This document shows, piece by piece, positions 50,893 to 59,800 of a stretch of DNA of 64,000 nt (position 1 is the stretch's first letter; each line of letters opens with the position of its first letter). Location: contig JBATUM010000185.1 in the NCBI GenBank assembly GCA_049671145.1, positions 1,828-65,827 on the forward strand. Reading direction: 5' to 3'. Under the pieces are notes generated by a model, which saw only the letters and a program-made list of their open reading frames with translations, was not told the origin of the DNA and ran no database searches. The translations under genes were made by a program, and so were the position numbers. The stretch is from Promethearchaeia archaeon (GTDB lineage Archaea; Asgardarchaeota; Lokiarchaeia; Sigyniarchaeales; SOKP01).

Positions 50893-53800
50893 TTGTTTAA
50901 TATGAGTTTAAAATATAGCGATTATCTGAAAAACAAAAAAAACGATAAAAAATATAATGAATCTCGTTTTGAAGATGAGGGTGATAATTCTGATTATTTA
51001 GATATTTGGACGGTAAATCCTTTTTATAAAGATATTAATACTAAAAAGTTAAGAGCCAAAATAGGCTTTTTTGCAATTTTAATCTTAGCAACATCGTTTC
51101 TAATTCTATCTCTCTTTTCTAAAATTAATTACTTAATAGGAGCAATAGCTTTCCTTCTAGTATTGCTATTTTATGAAAATATCTTTAACTTTTTCAACAA
51201 CCTCTTTACAAGCGTTCAGGGATTGAAGTGGATCAATCCATATAAAGATTTGATATTCTGGACAAATGATCCTGAAACCCTTGTAATGGTAAATAAGAAA
51301 AATTCGTTGGTATTTGCAATTCAAATATTTGAAGTTAAAACCTTGCCTGAGAATGTCCATCCTACTTTAAATCATTTTCTTAAAGCACTAAACAATGCAA
51401 ATATTAAATACTCGTATCAGGTCGTACAAACTCCATTGATGTATCAAAAACTCAAAATAAAGAAAATTAGTAATAATGAAACTTCAATTTATTTTAGTGT
51501 ATTTGATCAGAGAAAAGGCATTTTAACTAAAAGCAAAATTGATAATTTAGTTCAAACTGTACGGTTTAACTCAAAAATATTCAAGTCTCATCTTAGTTCG
51601 AATTTTCATCATACACAAATCTCCTTATTAAGCGGGCTTAATTTAATTAACGCGATTAGAGCAATTTTTTGTGGAATTAATCTTGATAAAATAGAGTTTA
51701 GAGACCTTAACAATGAGCATTCTAAAAACAATGTTCGTTACATAGTAAAATTAATAGTTATAGCTCTTTTTATAGGATTAGTATCTTATTTTTCAACGTA
51801 TTTTTCACTTCCTTGGATATTCATACTCTTATTAGATATTATAATCATAATGGCGCTCATTTTCATTTGGTGGGAAGATTTGTTATATTCTATTTCAAGG
51901 GTTTGTTTTCTTAATAATATAAACGTAAAATCTGTTGATCCCTTCATAGATATTAATTTTTATCGAATGAAAGGGTGTAGAGATACGCTTTTTCTTCTCT
52001 TAGATGATCACTTATTAATTGGACTCAAACAATTTAGCTTAAAACATGCGATTCAGAAATGCTTTATATATTCCGAGAAACTTTTCCGAGAGCTGAATAA
52101 TCAGAAAATAACTTTTATTTATACTCTTCAGGCTATACCTTTATTACCTAGCGATTTTAGCAAAAAATGTTCTAAATTTCTAAATGAAAAAGGATATTCA
52201 GATATGAAAAGAATATTTGGGGAAACAGTGCTTGGTGGAACATCTACTCCTCCAGCTAAAAATGCCCCCCTAGTGTTTAAAAATTGGTTAAACATGAGAT
52301 CAGGGATTTGGAACACAATTTTAACAGTGTCAGTATTATCATATCATTTTATTAATCCAAGAGATATTAGCCATTTTGAGGATGTAGAGGAAGACCTAAT
52401 AAGTAAGTCTGAAATTATGCTAAGGGCATTTGAGGACAATTTTCTCAATCTTAAATTAACTCAATTGAGAAATCATAAACTAATTAATGGATATCGATTT
52501 GTGTCTCTTAAAAATAGTTTATTCAAGGCAAAGAACACAGGTTTACCTTGTGTATATTTCCAAGGAAAGACCTTAATATATCTAAATGCTATTTCAAATG
52601 AATTTAAAAAAGGATTAGAAACCAAAATCGCTGCAGAATTTAATACTCCCCTCCATTTGAAAAATGATATTATTATAGGAGAAACCATCAATACTGAGTT
52701 CTTAGAAAAAGAAGGTGAATTAGGCTTTAAACTTGAGCAGGTAAAGCAACTACTAATTACTAATGGGCTTTCTGAGCAAAGAGAACACACAATGATGAAG
52801 ATTGTAACGGAACTTATAAAGATAGGAATACCATGTGTGATATTTGATTATTCAGGAAAGTGGTCGAAACTAATCAGTAATTTTAAAAATACGTACTTAG
52901 AAGAGACCTTTTTATATTTCAAATTAGGACGCTCATTTAGCCTGTATTTAATAGATTCAGAAGAAGATTATGATAAACATAACTTAGAATATTTAAACTT
53001 ATTTTACGATGTATTTGCGTTAGCCTTTAAGGAACAAAGAAAAAGTGTTGATCTTCTCAAAGAATCTGTAACAAAAAATAAGGAAATTGATATAAGCACA
53101 CTTGCTTTAGAGCATGAAATGGAAGAACAACTCTTTAAAAAAAATAATTATAATAGTTTGCTTGAGCTTTTACAGGGATTTATTGATTGGAGAGCTTTAT
53201 TTTCATCTAGATCGTTAAAATTTGAACAAGAAATTAAACCTATTGATTTTCTTAAAATTGATAAAACGATCATCATTGATTTATCTTTATTAGAAGAATT
53301 GAAACAAAAAAATTTCAGTACCTTTGTTCTCTTATCCAAATTCATACATCATCTTAGAAATGTAAATGATTTTCACAGAAAAGTTATTATTATTCCTCAT
53401 ATCGATCTTTTTTTTGATGCATATTACATTGATAATTACAATATGGTTGATTATGGTACAATCGAAAAGTTTTTAGATCCATTTCTTGACAATGGATTTG
53501 GGCTAATTTGTTCAGCAAATCAAATACGATATCTGCATTCTCATGTGTTTACCTACTTTCCAAATATCATTACATTTAAAGCTACGGATCCTCGAGATAT
53601 TGCGGTGTTAAAAAACACAATAAATTTGCAAGAATTACAAGGAACAGGTTATTATAGTTCAAAACGAAATAATACATACCAAATTGATTATCTTATGAAT
53701 TTGCGAAAAAATGAAGTCATTGTAAAAAGATCTGATATTAATCAACCATTTCCGGGAGAAATTAATTACGATCAACTCCAATTAACCCCTCTCCTTTCAC

Positions 53801-54717
53801 AGGATACAATAGCGGTTTATATGGAAAGGCAAGGATATGCTTATAAAGATCATGAGAGACGTATCTTAGAAAGAGCTAAAGAGACACTTTTTGAAAAAGA
53901 TTTTGGAATCTATTCGGAATTTATTGATGATATAATTAAGTTTTTGGCTAATATAAGTGCCGTTGATAAGATTGGGGGGAATTATGAGCATAAACTTAAA
54001 GAAGAACTTCTAAAATATATTCATTCAAACGCAATACATAAAACGAAAGATAAGAAGAAAATTAAGCAATTAAGAGATGCCCTTTTCCGCATTCTTAAGC
54101 AACAAAGTTATTTAGTTGAGAGTCACCCACTTCAAGCGAGTGGAGGGCAAACTACACGCACTTGCTATAAAGTCGGACAAAAATATCATAACGCACTTAA
54201 GGATTATTATAGCTCAAAAAAAAGGTTAGCCCCTAATATTTCTGTTGATGTAATTGAAAAGAATATAAAGAATAATTCTAAGGGGCTTAATATGTTAAAA
54301 GGGGTATCTTCAAATGATACAATCAGAAGTGATAAATTTAAAGATATAGTATTTAGAGAATTGGGAAGTTTTATATGGCAATTATTTAAATTGCATGACG
54401 CAAATGAGAATAAACACTACGAAACATCATTAAAAGTTGGTAAAGATTTGATCTTTAATTATCTTACATCATTATACAAGATATTTCTTAAAATGAACGG
54501 AGGTCAAACTCCTGAAAGCATAAAACTTCCCTCATTTATTACGGCTCTGACTTCTTATAAAGTTATTCCATTTACTATGAATATGATTAAAGATTATTGT
54601 CAAAAATCAAAGCAATTATCCCAAAATGCAGAAAATCCCGAAAAGAATGCTCATGAATTAGAAGATTTAATCATGGAATTCTACAAGACTACTAGAATGC
54701 ATTTTATAACAAATTGA
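50893..54717 (+). CDS. Membrane-anchored HerA/VirB4-like protein with degenerate Walker A and B (pseudo-ATPase)
   Basis: There are two TM hairpins (about 51058-51175 and 51733-51875). The C-terminal half is collinear with the next gene, but its P-loop reads TNGLSEQREHT against MSGLTGVGKTT, and its Walker B reads VIIIPHIDLF against VIMMDEVGSI. Shared blocks are IIIDLSLL/VYIDLSGF and NIITFKATDPRDI/IKILFRTDKEDL. The ATG at 50902 may be the true start. Confidence 0.6.
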   Translation: MFNMSLKYSDYLKNKKNDKKYNESRFEDEGDNSDYLDIWTVNPFYKDINTKKLRAKIGFFAILILATSFLILSLFSKINYLIGAIAFLLVLLFYENIFNFFNNLFTSVQGLKWINPYKDLIFWTNDPETLVMVNKKNSLVFAIQIFEVKTLPENVHPTLNHFLKALNNANIKYSYQVVQTPLMYQKLKIKKISNNETSIYFSVFDQRKGILTKSKIDNLVQTVRFNSKIFKSHLSSNFHHTQISLLSGLNLINAIRAIFCGINLDKIEFRDLNNEHSKNNVRYIVKLIVIALFIGLVSYFSTYFSLPWIFILLLDIIIIMALIFIWWEDLLYSISRVCFLNNINVKSVDPFIDINFYRMKGCRDTLFLLLDDHLLIGLKQFSLKHAIQKCFIYSEKLFRELNNQKITFIYTLQAIPLLPSDFSKKCSKFLNEKGYSDMKRIFGETVLGGTSTPPAKNAPLVFKNWLNMRSGIWNTILTVSVLSYHFINPRDISHFEDVEEDLISKSEIMLRAFEDNFLNLKLTQLRNHKLINGYRFVSLKNSLFKAKNTGLPCVYFQGKTLIYLNAISNEFKKGLETKIAAEFNTPLHLKNDIIIGETINTEFLEKEGELGFKLEQVKQLLITNGLSEQREHTMMKIVTELIKIGIPCVIFDYSGKWSKLISNFKNTYLEETFLYFKLGRSFSLYLIDSEEDYDKHNLEYLNLFYDVFALAFKEQRKSVDLLKESVTKNKEIDISTLALEHEMEEQLFKKNNYNSLLELLQGFIDWRALFSSRSLKFEQEIKPIDFLKIDKTIIIDLSLLEELKQKNFSTFVLLSKFIHHLRNVNDFHRKVIIIPHIDLFFDAYYIDNYNMVDYGTIEKFLDPFLDNGFGLICSANQIRYLHSHVFTYFPNIITFKATDPRDIAVLKNTINLQELQGTGYYSSKRNNTYQIDYLMNLRKNEVIVKRSDINQPFPGEINYDQLQLTPLLSQDTIAVYMERQGYAYKDHERRILERAKETLFEKDFGIYSEFIDDIIKFLANISAVDKIGGNYEHKLKEELLKYIHSNAIHKTKDKKKIKQLRDALFRILKQQSYLVESHPLQASGGQTTRTCYKVGQKYHNALKDYYSSKKRLAPNISVDVIEKNIKNNSKGLNMLKGVSSNDTIRSDKFKDIVFRELGSFIWQLFKLHDANENKHYETSLKVGKDLIFNYLTSLYKIFLKMNGGQTPESIKLPSFITALTSYKVIPFTMNMIKDYCQKSKQLSQNAENPEKNAHELEDLIMEFYKTTRMHFITN

Positions 54718-54825
54718 AATCAAGTTTTTTATTTAAATATCCCTAAAATATTAACTTTTAAAACAAAATTCGAGGTGGTTTAGATCGAACCAGAATTTTG
54801 GCATGGAGTAGTAAAAATTACTCAA

Positions 54826-56772
54826 GTGCCTAATATGAAGAACAGTAGTGAAAATAATAACTCATGGCTCTGTAATCCTTTTGGAGATGCCAGAGTTTAT
54901 ACTACAAGGATTACGCTAGACGAGGAATTTTCGTGGGAATTCTTTTTTAAAGAAGATTCTAAAAAGGAAGCTTATCAAAGTGCTGAGTCGTTTCTCCTTT
55001 ATTTAAAAGAGGTTTATCCAGGGTTAGCAGGACAAGTGAAAGTCAGAGGAATAAATTATATGGACTTACAAACAAAGAAGCAGATCTTTGAACTTATTTT
55101 ACCCAATCCTGTATTTGCGAAAAAAATCAACTTAATCAAAAAAATAATGAATTTATTTCCAGTGAGCAAAGAGTTTAAAAAGAGTTTTTTTATCTCATGG
55201 CAGGAAGATGATTCTGTCATTAAAGAACTGGAAAATTTTGCGAAACTAAAGCAACATATTACTTTAGATGAGAATTATAAAGCAAAAGTATTCTTTCTAA
55301 TTGAGCCAAAATTCAATAATAATTCAGAAATAAGTAACCAGGTAATTGAAGAAATAAAAGAATATATGGCGATGGATATACGCAATGCGGATAATGAAAA
55401 TGCATCTATAAGCGACGCACCTCCGGATACATGGAGATATATCTTAGAGGAGATGGTGTTTTGGAAGAATATTTTAGATTGCGATACAGGCAGGTTTTAT
55501 CGACGCGTGGAAGGAGGAATCCCTCCAGAAATGATACCTGCTTTTATTAGTCCTAAAGTAGTTGATTTTAGTTTTAATCATGATATTCCTTTAGATAAAG
55601 CATTTACTATTAAAAATGAGAAGATTGGGTTTAATTCTGACTTTAGAAACAATAGTTCTCGAATTCTTTTAGGATATTATATCAAACATGGGGTTATTAC
55701 TGAGAATCCTGTTTATCTACACTTAGAAGATTTAGTCCAACATATATTTATGTCAGGATTAACTGGTGTAGGGAAAACTACTATAGAATCCCAATTAAAA
55801 CAACGTATAAAGAAGACAGGTAATCCCTGTGGAGTGTTAACGATCAAATTGTTGAAAGGAAATGAATCTTTTATGTTTAGCTCAGAGATTATGCTCAAAA
55901 AAGGAGATCCCAAATTACGAGTACCTTATATCATGGAAGGAGAAGAAATTGACCAAATTATAGAACAAGTTGCTGGATACTCTGTTGCTTCAGTGGGATT
56001 AAAAAACGTTGTTGTTTCAATTATGGAAATCGTATTAACCCATGAATATGAAAATAAAGGTAAATTTCCAGCAAAAATCAAGCAAGCTTTTGCACGCGTT
56101 CATTTACATCTGGAGGAGAATCCTTACCATAAAAAATTTCAAACTAACATTTTGAAAGCTTTAGAAAATCGGGTAATGAAACTTTTATCAAATCCAATTC
56201 TGGAGAAAATTTTGGAAACGGGACCAATCCCAGAGTGGTTTATTGAATGGCAAAATGGTAAAGATGTGTATATAGATTTATCAGGATTTAAGAAAAGTGC
56301 GCAAAGACTGCTGGTTCACGCGATCTTCCAATTAATTCGTACTTGTTCCCCTGAATTAGATGCAAAAAAACTGATGCATAGTAAAGATCCTTCTCAGAAG
56401 CTTAAAAATGTCATAATGATGGATGAAGTAGGCTCTATTTTAGGAAAACCAAAGTATCAAAGTTATGATGATGACGAAACTATAACGAAGCATTACTTAG
56501 AAATTGTGTTTGAAGAATTTTTATCCGCCTTCAGAAGTAGAGGAATTGGTATAATCCTTGGGGATCATATGCCTTCCAGATTATTTGAAGGAGTTTATAA
56601 ACTTCCTAGCATAAAAATATTGTTTAGAACAGATAAAGAGGATTTACAAAAGTTTGGGTTAGATGTAGAGGATATCATGGTTATTGACACTCTAAAAAAT
56701 CGGTTTGCATTCATTAAAGATGGTGTTAATTCAAGAAGATTTCTATTCTATACGACTGACTACGAATTATAA
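54826..56772 (+). CDS. HerA/FtsK/VirB4-superfamily ATPase (intact Walker A/B)
   Basis: Walker A is GLTGVGKTT and Walker B is NVIMMDEVGS. The family-typical YIDLSGF block and the C-terminal GIGIILGDHMPS...IKILFRTD block are present. The ATG at 54835 is a possible alternative to the GTG start. Confidence 0.7.
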   Translation: MPNMKNSSENNNSWLCNPFGDARVYTTRITLDEEFSWEFFFKEDSKKEAYQSAESFLLYLKEVYPGLAGQVKVRGINYMDLQTKKQIFELILPNPVFAKKINLIKKIMNLFPVSKEFKKSFFISWQEDDSVIKELENFAKLKQHITLDENYKAKVFFLIEPKFNNNSEISNQVIEEIKEYMAMDIRNADNENASISDAPPDTWRYILEEMVFWKNILDCDTGRFYRRVEGGIPPEMIPAFISPKVVDFSFNHDIPLDKAFTIKNEKIGFNSDFRNNSSRILLGYYIKHGVITENPVYLHLEDLVQHIFMSGLTGVGKTTIESQLKQRIKKTGNPCGVLTIKLLKGNESFMFSSEIMLKKGDPKLRVPYIMEGEEIDQIIEQVAGYSVASVGLKNVVVSIMEIVLTHEYENKGKFPAKIKQAFARVHLHLEENPYHKKFQTNILKALENRVMKLLSNPILEKILETGPIPEWFIEWQNGKDVYIDLSGFKKSAQRLLVHAIFQLIRTCSPELDAKKLMHSKDPSQKLKNVIMMDEVGSILGKPKYQSYDDDETITKHYLEIVFEEFLSAFRSRGIGIILGDHMPSRLFEGVYKLPSIKILFRTDKEDLQKFGLDVEDIMVIDTLKNRFAFIKDGVNSRRFLFYTTDYEL

Positions 56773-56803
56773 TTATAGGAGGGAGGGAATCTGAATTAGT
56801 GAA

Positions 56804-59800
56804 GTGGGGGATGAGTGGGATGAATATGAAAAAGATGAAGACACGAATCCTGAGAAAGAAAAGGATTTAGACGAGTTAGAGGAAGGATATGACCCATTTT
56901 CGTTGAAATCAAAGGTTATGGAAAATGAAGAAGAACAAGAGTATGATCCCTTTTCTTTGCATAGAGATGAGTGTGATACAGAAACAACTGAAGATTACGA
57001 TCCTTTTTCCTTAACTGAGGGCGATTCTGCGAATGAAATGGATGAAGATTATGATCCATTTTCTTTACATAGAGATGAAGTAAGTGAGGAACAAACTGGA
57101 GAAGAAGACATTACTCAAAAAGAAGAACGAGAGGAAATATGTGAAAATATTGATTCCCAATCTACTCTATTAGTGCAAAGAGAGTCTAATAAAGATGGAG
57201 AAACTTGTGATGAACGAGCAGAGGAAAATAGTGAGCAAGAGAAAAATCAAACTGAAGATACTGAAGAAATAATAATGCCTGATCCAGAAAAATATGAACA
57301 AGACCAAGAGACAATTTATGATCCAGCTGAGATTGATTTTATTAGAGATATGGAAGAACTAGGGAGTATTTTAAAAGAATCTGAAGAAAGTAGAGGCATT
57401 TCTGAAGAGGAATTAGAGGAATATGATAATACAGGTTTTAATGCAGAGCAAGCATATCAAGAAATAAAAGAAAAAAATAGAGAAAAAGAATTAGAGCAAA
57501 AGGAATTGCCTTTAGAGGAACATGATCTCCAAAATACGGTTGAGAAGGCGGAGGAGCAACATAATGAAAATTTAAAAGAGAGAGAATGCAAGGAAGAAGA
57601 TGAATTACCAAAGGAAATAACCGATTCGGAGGAATTTCAATACCTTTGGGAAGAATATGATAGACTTGAACAAGAAGGAACGAACCTCGAAGAGATTTCT
57701 GAATTAATGCATGAAGCGGAAGAGACGTATCAAATGTTAAAAAATTATGAGGAAGAATTAGAAGAAATCTATGAACGACAAGAAAAGCAAGGTTTAGAAT
57801 CAATTGACCATAAGAACGAGGAAAAACCAGAAGATTATAGAATAGAAGTTGAGAGTGTATATGAAGCAGAATATTTTATTGATGCTGAAATACAATTACA
57901 AACAGAAGGTAAATCATCAGAAGAAATAACCAATGAAATGCAAAAAGTTGAAGAAAAATATGATTTTGAGGAAAAAGTGGAAAAACTTCATGAAAAACAG
58001 AGAAAGGATAAATATAATTCAGTTGATCATGAGAATGAAGAGGATGAAGATGACCAAAGGGAGGAGATTGACAGAGTAGATGTGATAGAAGGTGTTGTAG
58101 AAGCTGAAGAAGAATTCCATAAGCAAGGAAAATCTCAAAAAGAAATAGATGAGAAGACTGAAAGAATTGCCAATAAATTTTATAAAAATGAAATAGAAGA
58201 ACAGCTACAAAATAGACCAGAACAAGAGGTTAATAAGGAACTTGGAACTGAAGTTACTGAACCTGAATTTGCTTTAGAAGAACGAGATCAGATCAACCAC
58301 ACCTCTTTTGATAATAATGATCAAAAAATTGAAATTTATCCAGAGATGGAAAATAGAGAAATATTAGAAGAAATCGATATAGAAGTAGATGACTCCACAA
58401 ATGATAGAGGATCGTATCAAGAAAGTATGGAAAAAGCTATTGAAAAAGAAAACAAACCAGAAACCGAAGAATCACAGGAAAAAGAATATGAACTCCTCCA
58501 ACAATTATATCACCAAGATACAGGGAGAAGACCTCAATATAGAGGAAGAGAAACAAAAGAGTATAGTCAATGGTTAGAACATCAAAAGTTAAAAACTAAG
58601 AAAGCCAAAGAAAAAGAAGTGAAAGAACAAGAAGAGGAGAGATGGAAAGAGATACTTAAAGATTGGATAGAAGAATCTAAAGATGAAATGCCCAGCTCTG
58701 AACTTAAATTAGTTTTAAAAGAGATAATTCAAAAGTTCGAAATATTAGAAGAGTTATATAGAGAAGGTGTAAATTTAACTGAAATCGAAAGAGATCATTG
58801 GCTCTCTAAATTAATAAAGCTTCAAAACAAATATCCAATTCATTTACATTTATATCAAAATATCTACGGATTTAAAGTATATGTTCAAGAGAGTCATCCT
58901 TGGGATATTAATCGAATAAAAAACAAATTTCTTAGACATTTGGTTAAAAAATATAAAATTTTAAAACAAAACTTAAAAAATATTAATTTCGGCAATATAA
59001 AAAGTTCAGAATTAAGAAGCATTATTAAAAAATATCATAAATTTACGTTAAATAAATATTTAAAAGTTAAATATCCAAATAGAGGCTTTCAAATAACCAA
59101 ACAATTTTTCAAATGGTTAAAGACTGACGGAAACGCTGCTAAGATGGATAAAATAACTAATATTTGTAAAGAAATTAATACTAATCAAGAACTATATAAC
59201 TTTTTTATTTATCTGGTTATAAATTCATTATTATCTCTTAAAAAAATCTCTGAAAAATTTAAATTTCTCGGTTTTAATATCCACTCATCCGCTTTGGGAA
59301 AATATGCTAAAAAAATTTTAGGAGCAGAATATAAAATTCGATTTCCAAGTGGCAAGAAGAGAATTCAATCATTTAATAACAAAAATTTATGTTTTCACAA
59401 TCTCTTAAATAAAGTTTTATTACAGAAATTTTATGAATTTCGGGAAGAATTTCCTAAAAGTTATCCAAATACAGGTAGGATTATAGGTGATAAGTTTATT
59501 TTATGGATTAAGAAAAATTTGAAAAATTTTGATGAAAAGAGATATTTACTTAAATTGATTGAAAGAGTTAATGGAAATAGAGAGATTACTCAATATATAA
59601 TAAGTTTAATTTACCATTCCGAATTAACTCAATTGGATATTGTAAATGAGCTTTGGAAGAAAAACTTAAAAATTTCCCGAGAAGCAATAAGAAATATTGC
59701 GGAACAGAATTTGTCTTATGATAAATACAAAGAAAGATTTTCAAGATATAAAAAATCTTATAATTATGATGAGCAATTATCATCAAATAGCTCTCTTTAT

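Noticed and set aside
56887-57067. Reading the DPF core of YDPFSL as a eukaryote-like AP-2 alpha-appendage (Eps15-type DPF) endocytic motif.
   Set aside because: The tripeptide match is too weak to carry this. No adaptor-like partner is encoded in the window. The repeat is reported only as a generic docking motif.
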